Below are positions 12,255-24,731 of a stretch of DNA of 64,000 nt, piece after piece. The stretch lies in the NCBI GenBank assembly GCA_964252035.1, contig OZ176216.1. One strand, written 5' to 3'. A program made the position numbers and the translations under genes. The stretch is from Podarcis erhardii (Eukaryota). The notes under the pieces are model-generated. The model worked only from the letters and a program-made list of their open reading frames with translations. It had not been told where the DNA came from and made no database searches. Position 1 is the stretch's first letter. Every line of letters starts with the position of its first letter.

Positions 12255-12427
12255 TCAGAGGCAGGGATGCTTGTGAATACTAGTTGCTAGGAGCTACAGT
12301 AAGGAAGAGTTGCTCTTTTCCTCAGGTCCTGCTTGAGGGGTACCCATAGTTGACCACTGCGAGAACAGGACGCTGGACTAGATGGACCTTTGGCCTGATC
12401 CCACAGGGCTCTACTTATGTTCTCATG
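12255..12427 (+). mobile_element. CR1 3' UTR fragment
   Basis: CTCAGGTCCTGCTTG..GACCACTGCGAGAACAGGACGCTGGACTAGATGG..CTTATGTTCT. Confidence 0.8.
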
Positions 12428-12581
12428 AAGTCCATCCACCCTGTGAGAAGAAAGAAGAAAGGGAGGAATGCAAAGACAAGATCAGGACCTTCTCGAGCTG
12501 GATGGTCTCCCTCCAGCCCTGGGTTGTTGTAAGGAAGAATTGCTGAAATAATTGTGTGACATGTGTTGTGCACGTTAAGAA

Positions 12582-12589
12582 AGACAGAC

Positions 12590-12620
<31 letters not shown>
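12582..12620. repeat. (AGAC)n(AG)n compound microsatellite
   Basis: Direct inspection. Confidence 0.95.
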
Positions 12621-13234
12621 TATTATCCATTTTGCAGTCCTTTTCGCCAGAGTGTCCAAGAGGAAACATATCAGGATATCTCTCCCTTGTGTAAATCTGG
12701 CAATCTTTAAAGAACAGACCAGCATAGTATCATCATTTGCACATCACATTTAAGGCAGATGATTAAAGCATCCTTTTCCTTCCAGTCAACATCACAAAAA
12801 AGGCTCCATCCCAGAGACAGGGCCAAATGGATCTTTTGAAAAGAACATACCACTCTGAGAAAAGCGCGGCAACCCAGCTGCTGCAGAAGTCACTTGATAG
12901 GCACTTGAGACAGAGATAAATTAACTCCATTACTCAAAATACAGCCGATGTGACATGCATACATTTCTCTTGAAACAGACAGAGATAAAAGGGGCTTGTG
13001 GGGGAATGTTTTGTGTCTGGTGTCTCTGCATCCTTTCAGAAACTTCAATGCTTTGGGCCAGTGGGTAAAAAAGGAGACAAGGAAAAGGAGGAATAAAAAT
13101 GGCAAGGAACTGCTTTTTATCTTAGCTAAGGGAGCTGCACGACACCTTGCAAGCCTCTTTTAAAGAAGAAGCCTGATATTCCATCAGCTCAGCAGAAAGC
13201 CTGGCTCCATCAGGTCTCCACAAAATCCTAATAC

Positions 13235-13548
13235 CTGGAAGGTTGGAAGGAACCCCCAAATGTCATGTAATCCAATCCCCTGCAATGCAAGAATCACAGC
13301 TATAAAATTCCTGACAGATGGCCATCCAACCTGTGTTCAGAACATAGCTGTCAACTTTCCCTTTCCTTGTGAGGAATCCTATTTGGAATAAGGGAATTTC
13401 CCTTTTAAAAAAGGAAAATGTTGACAGCTATGAAGTTCAGAAACCTCCAAGGAAGGAGAGTCTACCATCTACTATTTCACTGCTGAACAGCTCTTACCAT
13501 CAGAAAGCTCTTCCTAATGCTTAGTCAGACCATCCTGTCTTGTCATTT
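13235..13548 (-). mobile_element. CR1 3' fragment interrupted by a MITE at 13343-13432
   Basis: CCTGACAGATGGCCATCCAACC..AAACCTCCAAGGAAGGAGAGTC..GCTCTTACCATCAGAAAG, the same family as 24559-24731. Confidence 0.8.
13343..13432. mobile_element. 90-bp MITE
   Basis: Perfect 13-bp TIR CATAGCTGTCAAC / GTTGACAGCTATG; GTTCAGAA duplicated at 13335-13342 and 13435-13442. Confidence 0.85.
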
Positions 13549-13789
13549 GATCCTCTCCCTCATCACCTGGCAGCAGCCTTCCAGCAGGCTGCCTCTGGGA
13601 AAGAAGAGAACCAGGGCTCATTCCATCTGCTTGGCTGAAAGATCAGCTCCATTGGGGTCCTCCTCACCCTGAACTGTCATTCTTGCCTGAGGTTGATTTC
13701 CCCCACCTCTTCCCTACCTGTTCCGTTTTCTTTGTATGTTGCATCTTTCAGATTGTTAGCTTGTCTTGTTTAAACTGATTGTATGTAAG

Positions 13790-14679
13790 TGTCAGGCTTC
13801 AGAGAAATGGCTTCCTCCCCCCACTTTGGCCGTGCATCAGCAGAACAAAGCAATTAGTTTAAGAGTGTTTAATGGTCAGAGCAAAAGAACAACACAGCTA
13901 TCTTGGAGTAAAGGTGCTCCCAATTAAGCTTCCATGGCGAGTCCCCCCCCACCCCAGTGGAAATAAAGACACGTGACACAATTATTTAAGGTTAATGGGC
14001 TAAATATGGCCACAACTTTATTGGTTACAGGTGATGAGCGGTATTGGCTTAGGCATTGGTCCTAACTGACTATCCGGCTTCAGCCTGTCCGCTTGAAGTC
14101 TGGGAAGGGTCAACCACCAGTAGAGGGAGATCCTCAGCCACTCCTGCATTAAATAGGGCAGGCCACACCCCCTGAGCCAGCCGATTGGCTGTCCAGGGGA
14201 TGACGCAGCCGGGGTTTCTCTCAACCACGTGGAGGCTGAGAGCCAGCCACCATGCATGTGGTGGGGGCGTGCACCCCACAACCCCACCTCCTCTTAAGGC
14301 AGAAGTGGCTTTCCCTCCTACTTTCCCCCAAGGTATCTCCATCACTTCCTCCTTCATGCAACCTGATCTCGCAACCATTGAGCCTTCTGCATAGCAGCCT
14401 TATCAGCTCTCCTTGCCCTTGGAGATATAGGCTGGACACTTTCCAGCAAAGGGGAGTCAGTTATCTCTCTCTCTCTTCCTGTTCTGCTTCTCCTAGCTGT
14501 TCCCCACTCAGCTCTGCCCAGCTGTTGTTTCCCGAACTATGTCCCTCTGCAAACCAAGTCTCTAAATCTATGCTGCTCCACTGTTCCTGGGCAGCATCAG
14601 CTCCTGGTCAGGAGCAGGAAGAGGGGGAGGTTCCCACTATTCCTCATCAGAGATGTAATTCTCAGTCTGATCTCTGACA
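13790..14679 (-). mobile_element. Solo LTR (ERV or LTR retrotransposon), 890 bp
   Basis: TGTCAG...CTGACA termini; 5-bp TSD GTAAG at 13785-13789 and 14680-14684; on the minus strand CRE-like, CCAAT, CACCC and TATTTAA boxes followed by AATAAA at 14017-14022. Confidence 0.88.
14149..14207 (-). promoter_or_regulatory. LTR U3 core promoter motifs
   Basis: Minus-strand order: TGCGTCA (14201-14207), CCAAT (14184-14188), GGGTGTGG (within 14161-14170), TATTTAA (14149-14155). Confidence 0.55.
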
Positions 14680-16465
14680 GTAAGTTGCTGTGGGACCCCT
14701 CCTTTTTTTAAAAAAAACACCTGAAGAGTGAAGAACCAGTGTTCTAAATAAAGAAATATATAATATTCTACACCACTCCTTAGCCATAGAATTCTGTAGC
14801 AGAAATCTTGCATTCATTGGAACATACAGAGCTGAAATGAATTTGCCTCCAGAAATCCTGTGTTACTGCATGTTTTTGCTACATTTGAATACTTGCTCAA
14901 TATTTTTCAGCTATATTTCAGGGATTTGCACAGCTCCCCTGATCCACCAAGGGGCCCTGATCTGTGCCTCCCCCCATTAGGCTGATCTATCCTGTGGTGC
15001 CCCAGGGCCCACCCACCCTACCCTAGATCTGTTCCCAGCTATTATCAGCTAGCACGTGGGAGGATTTAATTCTGGGTGGTCAGAGCTGGCCCACTCACAA
15101 GGCAAATCCAGAGCACAGTCTTCCCATGTTTGGCATCTGTTGGTGTCAAATATCAGAGTCCAACACCAGATAATGGAATAAATATTAGAAATCTGGTGAT
15201 GAGTATTGAATGATAGCTGGCATCAACTGGCTGAAAGCAGTAGGGTATTCTGTGCAAAGGAATCCCTGTTGCCAGTAAAATTCTCATTTCCATCATGTTA
15301 TGTTTATGGTATCCTTTGTTCTATTTTCTTTTTAACCATGCCTTTGCAAAACAGCCTCAGTGCAGCTTACCATAAAGTAGCAACAATAAAACGTAAAAGA
15401 GAAGAATAAAAATAGCAGATTGAAAAGACAGTGGGGGCTAGCAAATAACGGTGGTAGCCAGATCAAAAGAAGTGGATAAGGTGATTTAAAAGGGTCAGAC
15501 ATAATTCCAAATCATGAATGGCACAAGAGAAAACAACCTGCTTTACCTGTCATAGAAACAATTTTTGTGTGTGTGTAAATGATAGAACAGGGAAGACACC
15601 AGCTGAACACGTTTGGGGGTCCCCAACATTCTTTGTGGAGTCCTTCCTTCAGGTAGGGATGGGAAAATCTTATTTGATTTTATGCATTTTCATACACATT
15701 ACTTGGCTAGAGAACTGCATTGCAGAAATTGGGGGAGGGCGGATTTCAAAGGATGGCTGCATTTCAGTTCATGTATAGTTTTTTGGAACATTAGGACTCC
15801 TTGCCCTCAGCTGTCGCCTGGAAGCAGTACGTCCAGCAACAGGAGAGCTGGGAAGCTCTGCTGTGACAGGCCAGCTCCATCAGGGCTCCTCTCCCCTTGG
15901 GTGTATTTCAGAAAGAAATTTACACAAGTAGCAGGTTCCCTTCTCTTCAAATTGCTGTTGATTTCCATCCAGGGCAAGAATGGAAGGTAAGCAGCAGAGA
16001 GAGGCTAGGGGGTTCTGATGGTGGGGAGAAAATGTGGCTTAAAAAAAGAGATGCTCCTGGTGTTGAATGCCATTCAGGTCCTCTCCCCAGTCCCAGCCTA
16101 CACCTGCAAATGAGGACGTAGCCCTGAATGACAGTAAGGAGATTTAAAGCTAGGAAGCTCTCTGTATAATGCCAATGTGTTTGTTTCATTTCCTGAAGCT
16201 GCATGCAATATTATTTGTTGACAGGTAATGTACATGATCTAAATCGCGCTCTCTCTCTGTTGCTCCTTCAGATAAAATCAGTTATCATTTCGAAAAGTAA
16301 TGAATCTGCCAGTCAGGAAATTCCCGCAAGGTCTCGATAAAAATCAACCTCTCTTGATTTTTATCTAACCTTCCCACATCTTTGAGGAGCTGAAACATCT
16401 CACACTGAGCCAATGCTGCAGACGGAACATTCCGTTACATGGTGACAGGTGGGCATCAAGAACTA

Positions 16466-16530
16466 TTTTTATTTATTAATTTATATAGCCACTTAGTGGC
16501 CAAGTTGGCTTCTGAGTGGTTTACAAATAT

Positions 16531-16576
<46 letters not shown>

Positions 16577-16865
16577 TAAGTTAGACAATAAACCAATTTC
16601 ATCAAAACATTAAAAATAAGCATCCACAATTAAAACGTATAGTAAGACAGGCCAATTAAAATAGCACAATAATTACAAGAGTTAAAAGCAGCAATTAAGA
16701 ACAATTAAAGCAGGAGGTTCAAGTCAGGAGTTCAGGGGAATGCTTACCTAGACAGGTGTGTCTTTTAGAAATGGCAGAATGCCAATACTGATGGGGTCTC
16801 TCCCATTTCAGTAAGGAGAGCATTCCACAATCCTAGTGTCAGCAATGAAAAGGCCAATCTTGCTG
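16466..16865 (-). mobile_element. L2 LINE 3' end with an embedded (CA)n at 16534-16574
   Basis: TTTATTTATT tail on the left; GAATGCTT..GGAGAGCATTCCAC..AAAAGGCC resembles the reverse squamate L2 3' region. Confidence 0.65.
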
Positions 16866-17039
16866 TTCCCACAAAAGGATAATTATCAGAAATGGGGGGA
16901 ATACACAAATATTTTCAAGTGGGGAAAGTTGGTTGCATTCACCTCTGGCTTTGAGATGTACCACATGAGAACTTGATCAGAAGATATGCTTCTAGTGCCA
17001 GGATTAACCTGTACACCCAATATAATATAGTTTGTATAC

Positions 17040-17167
17040 CTGCTGCTGAATACCAGTTGCTGGAGAGCAGCAACAGAGGAGGGCTCAGAAGCACCTGGCT
17101 GGTCACTTTGAGAAGAAGATGCTTTGCTGGCCTAATCCTGCAGCCAGGCTTTTCTTGTGTTCTTATG
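17040..17167 (+). mobile_element. CR1 3' UTR fragment
   Basis: CTGAATACCAGTTGCTGG..GCACCTGGCTGGTCACTTTGAGAAGAAGATGC..TTGTGTTCTTATG. Confidence 0.7.
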
Positions 17168-18800
17168 GTGGACCAATGCATGCAATGGATTCTCTCAATA
17201 CCTGTCAACTGCCCAGCTACTTCTAGCATGCTGTAGTTCACATGCCTGTCCTGTTGGGGAGCCAGTCATGAATATAATGCACTCCAAAAATGTATGTTGA
17301 GAGTGGTTTAAGGGAGTCATCCTCCCTCTGAATCGACAGGATCAGGACTTCAAGTGACTGTCCAAACATTAAAATACAATAAAGGGGGGTGGAAACATTT
17401 TCCACTCCTGCACAACATTTTCATGCATGCAGGCAAGCAAACTTGAATAAGATAAACTTAATTAATCTGATTAAATTTTATGGGGGAGGGTAAATTAATA
17501 GGGAATAGTACACACAGCAAAAGATTTAATGAATTCATTAACTACCCATAAATATTCAGAGGAAAGCCTCATGCCATGGCATCACAGCCACACTTCAGAT
17601 TGAAAATGCTTTGCTGCTTCAGCAAACCACTCTGCTTTTGACCGCTCGCTTGTATTTTTTCAATCACAGTGAAGATAACACAGTATTGGGAACCAATCTA
17701 CTGTAGACACATCTGAGAAAGGCAACTTTTCAATCATCCCTGATGTAAGTACCATGGACAGCGCCTCCAGCTCAGCCTGTGCTATCCCTGGCTGTATTAC
17801 CAAGATAGGACTCCTATCACACAGCCAGACAACCGATGAGCACAAAACCAAAATGTTACCCTAACTCCCTTCTCAGAATTCCATTACAAAGACCCTTGCT
17901 ACATGTAACCAAACAGTTGCTTCCATTGTTTGATTTTGGAATATGATGTTAGTCCTTTACACAAGAAAATGTGATGACATAGCAGATGGATGTTAAAAAA
18001 AAGTATGTACAGTGAGCATGAGCATGGTGTCACTGCATGGTCTTGGATAATCACAACTTCAGTTCTGTCAGTGTCGGGTTTTGGGTGGTGCGGTCATTTC
18101 CCCCGCACAGTACACAGGCCTAAGGGGGCACAAAATTGAGAAGATCCACAATTGAGAAGATCTCTTTGGAGGGGCCAAATTTTGGGCTCACACATGGTGC
18201 CATATTATGAAAGATTACCAAAGTCTGCTCCTGGTCCTATATCTGTAAAATAGGAATAATAAAACTTTCCACCAGCCACCCAACTGGACATTACTCCAAT
18301 GTTTTATAAGCAATGCCAGATTACCAAATAGACAGAGCAGGCATTGGCTAATGGGCCCCACGCCTTTTAGAGACACTACAACAACGGATCAAAACAATAT
18401 CGATTTGATCTTGACAGAAAATTACAAAAATGTATTAGGGGATAATTTGTGAGAGGGGCCCTGAGATTTTGACTGCCTAGAGGCCTCCACAGGGTTTAAT
18501 CCAGCACTGTTTGTAAGGATGAACTCGTTTAGCCTTCAATTTCCTCGGAGTTAAGCCATCAAGAGAATGACTTATATATGTTGACCTGCACTTATCATGT
18601 CATAGTACCATGAAGGGTTAAGAAATGGAGAACCAATGGCCCTCAAGATGCTTTGGACTACAATTCCCATCAGCCCCAGCAAGTATGGCCAATCCTTGAT
18701 ATGGGTGGATCATTCATGAAGACAGAGGGAAACCCAAATAATCCCACCACACCTTTCCAGTACAGACTCTACCAGGCAAGAAATGCTTGTTCATCTATTG

Positions 18801-18936
18801 TAGGCTTCCTCAACCTCAGCCCTCCAGATGTTTTGAGACTACAGTTCCCATCATCCCTGACTACTGGTCCTGCTAGCTAGGGATCATGGGAGTTGTAGGC
18901 CAAAAGCATCTGGAGGGCTGAGGCTGAGGAAGCCTG
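18801..18936. mobile_element. hAT-type palindromic MITE, 136 bp
   Basis: Long TIRs AGGCTTCCTCAACCTCAGCCCTCCAGATG / CATCTGGAGGGCTGAGGCTGAGGAAGCCT; perfect 8-bp TSD ATCTATTG at 18793-18800 and 18937-18944. Confidence 0.93.
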
Positions 18937-20592
18937 ATCTATTGCTAAACAACTGCTTCATATGTGGTATATTAAATTATTGACCATAAAACAGCAGTGC
19001 AAATGTGAATTGTAATGAGGTGAGCAGTGGCATTGATGAAAGTGAGTGGAGGCTTTAACATCATTTCTGGAGACATTTGTATCTAAATATTCATCATTCT
19101 TTAAATTTAAAATTTCATCCAATTTTTTAAAAGCTGTAGTTCTGGCTTTACCATTTCAGTCAAGTCTCGTGATAGATGTTCATATTTAAATGACAATGAG
19201 GGAGAAGGATTTGCCTTGTAGCCTGCCTGACCCTCCAACAGACATTCATGTTCAATATGACATCGGCAAGGCAACCTTTGCTGCCGTGTATCTGCTCAGC
19301 AAGCTCAATCTCTCCAGCAAAGTCACTGCGGCTCCAATGAACCACTGAATGTAGCAGAAGTTTCCCCTGACAGCTTGACATAAGAGAAAACAGAGTGAAG
19401 GGGCAAGGGGGAGTCAGACATAGTTCACCCATAAAACAAAGCAGACATGTGAAGAGATACAAACCTGTAGCCCCCCCCCCATCTCTGCCTTTTGTTTTCA
19501 TCCTTGCCTTTCAGCTTTGTTGTTCTCCTTTCTGAAAACAGCTCCCTATTGTTCATCAGTCAAGCTCCTCTCAAACTAATCAGGGCAAGTTTTACCCTTG
19601 TGCACCCACATCCCACAACAGGTGCCTGCAACAAGTGATGACTTTTGTATGGGAGGCTGCTATCGCAATAGATTACAATCCCAAAGAGTTGGGAATGCTG
19701 AAGCACATCTTAATGGGTCCAGTTCTAATGATACATTCTGCTCTAGCTCCTGCTGTGTCGACTGGAAAAGTGCCACCTCCATCCAGATAATAAACACCCC
19801 GACTATCTTGTTGCATCATAACCTGTGCAATGCAAGAATGTATGTGAAGGGTTCATTACCTGGCACTGCCAGGCGGGCCCTTGTCTGAAATTCTGGAGAG
19901 TTGTTGCCAGGCAGTGCACAAAGGATTGAGCTAGATTGACCAACCGTCTGACTCTGTATCCTAGGAGGAAGTCAGTTCTGCCCTGTCATCTTCAGTGTTA
20001 TATGATTGACTTTGCTTTGTCTGCAGTAGGCTAGTGGCCTGTCAGATGTACCAGATTAATATCTACAAGAATGCCCTGCAATCCCAATGAATCAATACAA
20101 GCTCTGACACAGACCGGCATGCTGAATTAAGCAAAGCTGGCGATGGGTTGTAAGCACACAATGTTTAACGATTAGATGGGGCCTTCTCCTCTCTCTCTCC
20201 TTCTAACAAGAGCACTGCACTTATTTTGTTGTCACAGAACGTTTGTTGTTGATATAATCCTGCTTTGACAACCAACATGTCTCTCCTATCCCTATAAATA
20301 GCCAGACTCACCTCCTTGTTACTGGGAGACACAGCAGCTTGGTGCCAGAAGTAAACAGGATGAAAAACTCGCCAAGGGGATGAAATGAGCAATATTCTGT
20401 GAATTGATGCACACATGCACCTATTTAAAATCAGACAATTGGTCCACCAATCCAGTAAGGACTGGAGAACTGACTAGAAATGGTTTACCAACCTTGCTAC
20501 CTGAGATCCATTTAGATCAGGGGTAGGAATCATTTTTGGGGCCTGGGTGGACACATTCCTTCTTACCAACCATATGGAGGCTACATGCCATA

Positions 20593-20818
20593 CAGTGGTA
20601 CCTCGGGTTAAGTACTTAATTCATTCTGGAGGTCCGTTCTTAACCTGAAACTGTTCTTAACCCAAAGCACCACTTTAGCTAATGGGGCCTGCTGCTGCTG
20701 CCGCGCCGCCAGAGCATGATTTCTGTTCTCATCCTGAAGCAAAGTTCTTAACCCGAGGTACTATTTCTGGGTTAGCAGAGTCTGTAACCTGAAGTGTATG
20801 TAACCCGAGGTACCACTG
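20593..20818. mobile_element. Tc1/mariner (pogo/Tigger-like) MITE
   Basis: TIR CAGTGGTACCTCGGGTTA / TAACCCGAGGTACCACTG; TA TSD on both sides; sits inside a hAT-like remnant starting CAGGGGTAGG at 20518. Confidence 0.93.
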
Positions 20819-21008
20819 TATAGGCATACCATAGCAGCATACAGGTGGGATTGGGTCAAAGAGGAAGAGGGCGTGGGGATCAGTTTGTGTGTGGAGGGTT
20901 GGAGGAGCAGGACAGGATAGGAGGTGAATTCTACACTGCCTGGGATTAAAATCCAGTAGTGGGAGAAGAGTCATAATTCGTGCTTTGCACCTGAAGCCAA
21001 GAATGATG

Positions 21009-21310
21009 TAAGAACATGAAAAGAGCCCTGTTCGATCAGGCACATCTAGTCCAGGAACTTCTTCTCACAGTGGCCATACAGATGCCCATGCAAAACCCAA
21101 AAGCAAGAACTGAGTGCAAAAGCACTCTCCACATTTATGCTTTCCGAGCATTTGGTATTCAGAGCCACATGACTTCTAATCTTGGAGGTGGTGCATAGTT
21201 ATCATGGCTACTAGCTCTTTGTAGTCTTATGCGCCATGAATAGCTTTAAGCCCGTTTTAAAGCCATAGAAGTTGGTGGTCACAACTTCATCTGTTGGTGG
21301 TGGATTTCAT
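21009..21310 (-). mobile_element. CR1 3' fragment, decayed
   Basis: GTAAGAACATGAAAAGAGCCCTGTTCGATCAGG..TTCTCACAGTGGCCA..TTTTAAAGCCAT is the reverse CR1 3' UTR and ORF2 end. Confidence 0.75.
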
Positions 21311-22689
21311 CATTCATTCATTTATTTTATTCAATTCATATCCCACCTTTCCTCCCAAAAGAACCCAGGGTACCATATCTTAATTATGCAATGTATGAAG
21401 TACTTACATTACAATAAACACAGGAGCTTTCTATTTTGGAGTCTAAAGAGATGAATCTCAGTAACATCACTAATGAAAAAATAATAAATCATTCTCTTGC
21501 ACTAATAGTGATATTCTATTTGCTTTTCTGTTATGATTCTGCATCACCAACCCAGAATTACTTTTTATATTGTGTGACCTGCATCCTTTTACAACAGCCT
21601 TTGATGTGCACCCTCATTTGAACTGATTGAGTTGCCTTTAGTAAATCCCTTCCCCAGAATAACCTCCTACTTGCACCCTGTTGAAAAACTCCATTGTGCC
21701 TTGCAGTTCTTCATCCCAAGCATTAAGCCATCCATCTGAAGGATTTCCTCTAACTAGTTTAATTGAATTTCCCTCTCCACATCAGGATAAAATGGAAATT
21801 AGGAGAAGAGAGTAAAAAAAATTGAGAGAGATAATTTATAAGATTATGGGTGTGTGCTACTATGGGCCATCGTGTTTATGAAGCAGTGCTCAACAGTTTT
21901 CCTAATATGGAATTTGGGAGAATACTGAAAATTGCATTAACAACATTGGTTGTTCCATATCTTTTGCTTAGGGGACAGAATATAGATTTATGATTTTGCA
22001 TCTAAAAGTTCCTCCATTTTACACCCAATTCTCTTCTGGGTGAAACTTTGGTTCAACTTCAGCTTTTTGCAATTCACTCCTGACTCTGCTTGGAAGTGTG
22101 GTGGTTGTGACACCACACTGAGGAATTGCAATATGAGGGGCTACATGTTATATACTTTGTATCCCCATTCACACAAAAAGCTAACATGTCAAAGAGAAGG
22201 CTAGCATCTTTCTCTCAGCAACTTAAACCAGACCTTAGCCAGAAGAAAGTTAACCTTAGGGAAGAAGTTGTTTTTTTTTGTTTTTGTTTTTTTTAAGTAC
22301 TCTGAGCTAGCATGATACTTATTTATAAATCTTTCAAGTACAATGTAAGATTAGTAAAAATAGCAACACAGACAATGCTGTCATACTATAAATTTCTCTG
22401 TACATTGAAACTGCTCAGATGCATCTCAGCTGTGGAAGAAAACTGAATAAGAAATGAATTCAGTGAATACAATGATAGTACATCACGGATATCTTTTCTA
22501 AAAATTTAAAAACAGACTAGGCTTTTAGAAACATAGAGCGAGCCAGCATCAGGTCTCTTGCTAATGTGGTTGTTCTGCAATTGTATATATTCATAAATAT
22601 AGAAGTCTCCATATGATCCTGGGTTTTATGAGTTAACCTCAGTTGCCTGGCATTTTCCAGCATATCTCAAAGTTGCCTAGGAGCTAAAG

Positions 22690-22811
22690 CAGGGGTGGCT
22701 AAACTGTGATCCTCCATATGTTTCTGGACTACAAGTCCCATCATCCTTGACCATTGCCCATGCTGACTGGAGCCCACCAACATCTGGAGTGCCACAGATT
22801 CCCCAAGCCTG
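22690..22811. mobile_element. hAT-type MITE, decayed
   Basis: CAGGGGTGGCTAAACTGTG..GGACTACAAGTCCCATCATCC..CACAGATTCCCCAAGCCTG; no TSD recognised. Confidence 0.7.
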
Positions 22812-24297
22812 TATTGGGGTTTTAGATAAGGGCATTCTAGTGTGGCATGAAATATTTGCCTTCTATTGGGATGGGGAAACTGAGCCATAAGAGTGTCTTA
22901 GGAGCAGGACCTGTTTGCCCCATGCTCCCTTGCCTCCTTCCAGCTAAAGCCTAATATAGCCTTTGTATGACTTTCTCACTCCTTTCTGTCCCTCTGTCTA
23001 AGTGTGTTTAATCTGCTGTAAAATTGTTTTCGTGGCTGCAGTCAGTGTTATTGTATCTGTTTTACAATGAGCATTATCTCCACTTTGTTAAGGCTTCTGC
23101 TTCTTGTATGCAAATCGGTGACTTACTTGCTGCTGTTCCTCCAAGATGTGCTCTTTCGACAAGCTCAATGCCGAGCAATTTTAGGGCTACCAGCTGGCAA
23201 AGATGCCACGTCCTCTTATGGAAACAGATAAATCACATTAGAGTCAGTTGTACAATACCAGGTCTGGTATAAAACTCATACAAACCATGGCTCAAATTCC
23301 TGGGCAGCTACTTGCCAAGCATGGCTGTGAGAGACCTGGTTCCCACATGCACATTCATAACTTGATGACTGCAATGGAAGTTGATGGCTTGCATGTGTGA
23401 ATGGCCCAACCCAGGTCACAAATACAACTTCCAGTATACCATCACATGCTAGCACTTTTCAAAATCACGCATAAGTGTGAACCTGATGACAGGCAACTGA
23501 ATGTCTGTGAACTGACTCCACTGAGAAACACTGTAGATGAAGAGAGAGAAAAATGCCTATGTATTTATGATATTATGTAGCCTACACTCTGCAGGTTATA
23601 TGAGCCATTCATACATGCAAACAATCATTCTTTCATTCTTCAGTTATGGAGTGAGGAACATGTGTGTTTAAACCAGCTCAAAGTGTACACTCATCCCTAC
23701 TAATAATTAGGCATTGTGTGATTAATCTCTGAAACTCACTGCCACAAGATGTTTTGGTGACCATTTGTTCAGATTGTCTAAGAAAAAGATTAGAAAAATT
23801 TATGGATAATAAAGCCCCAAGTGGCTACTAGAAAGGATGAAAGAGAATTTTGTTGGATCCACATTTTAAAGCATTAAAACCTAATTTGCACATCTAGAAC
23901 TATTACATACTTGAAAATGTAATTATCCTTCCCATTTTGCACTTCTCTGAATTTTGCAATGTAGCTCTGAACTAAAAATGGGTTTTTGGGTTTTTTTTAA
24001 TCAAATTGCGGGGAAATGTGCATTTTAGGCTAAAATACATTTGGTAGGGCTGCCATATGTCCAAACATTACTAAGATTCCCAGACATTACCAGGATTTCA
24101 AAGGCGGAAACAAAATATGGGGGGAATTTCAAAAAGGCAGTGCTTTTTCCTGGATCTTAGACAAGTCAGTTGAAAAATGCATGCATTTTTTTTTTTTTTT
24201 TTGGCAAGAACTTTCAGTGGTTTCCCAAAAAGAAGAATTTTGGGGTCTTCTTAGAAAAAGGTCAACAACTTTAAAGTACATGTAGATATACATCTAC

Positions 24298-24471
24298 ATA
24301 GGAACACAGAAAGCTGCCTTATACTGACTCAGAACTCTGGTCCATCTAGCTCAGTATTATCTATCCTGACTGGCAGAGTCTCTTCCTGTCCTCCTTTGAG
24401 AACCCAAAGATTGAACCTGAGACCTTCTGCAGGCAAAGCAGATGTTCTGTCACTGAGCTATGGCCCTTCCC
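24298..24471 (-). mobile_element. tRNA-derived squamate SINE (not Sauria)
   Basis: Minus strand begins GGGAAGGGCCATAGCTCAGTG (A box)..GGTTCAATC (B box) and ends ..GGCAGCTTTCTGTGTTCCTATG. Confidence 0.75.
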
Positions 24472-24731
24472 AGTACCAATTTTATACAATATTTCATAAT
24501 AATTCTCATATGGATTTTCCTCCCCACAGACCTTAATCAATGGACTTGTGAATATAATCATAGAGTTGAAGAGTTGGATTGTACCTCAAAGGTCATCCAG
24601 CCCCATGCAAGGCAGAAATCACAGCTCAAGACATCCTGACAGATGGCCATCCAACCTCTGTTTAGAAACCTCCAAGGAAGGAGAGTCCACCACCTTTGGA
24701 GGGAGCCCATTCCACTGTCACATAGCTCTTA

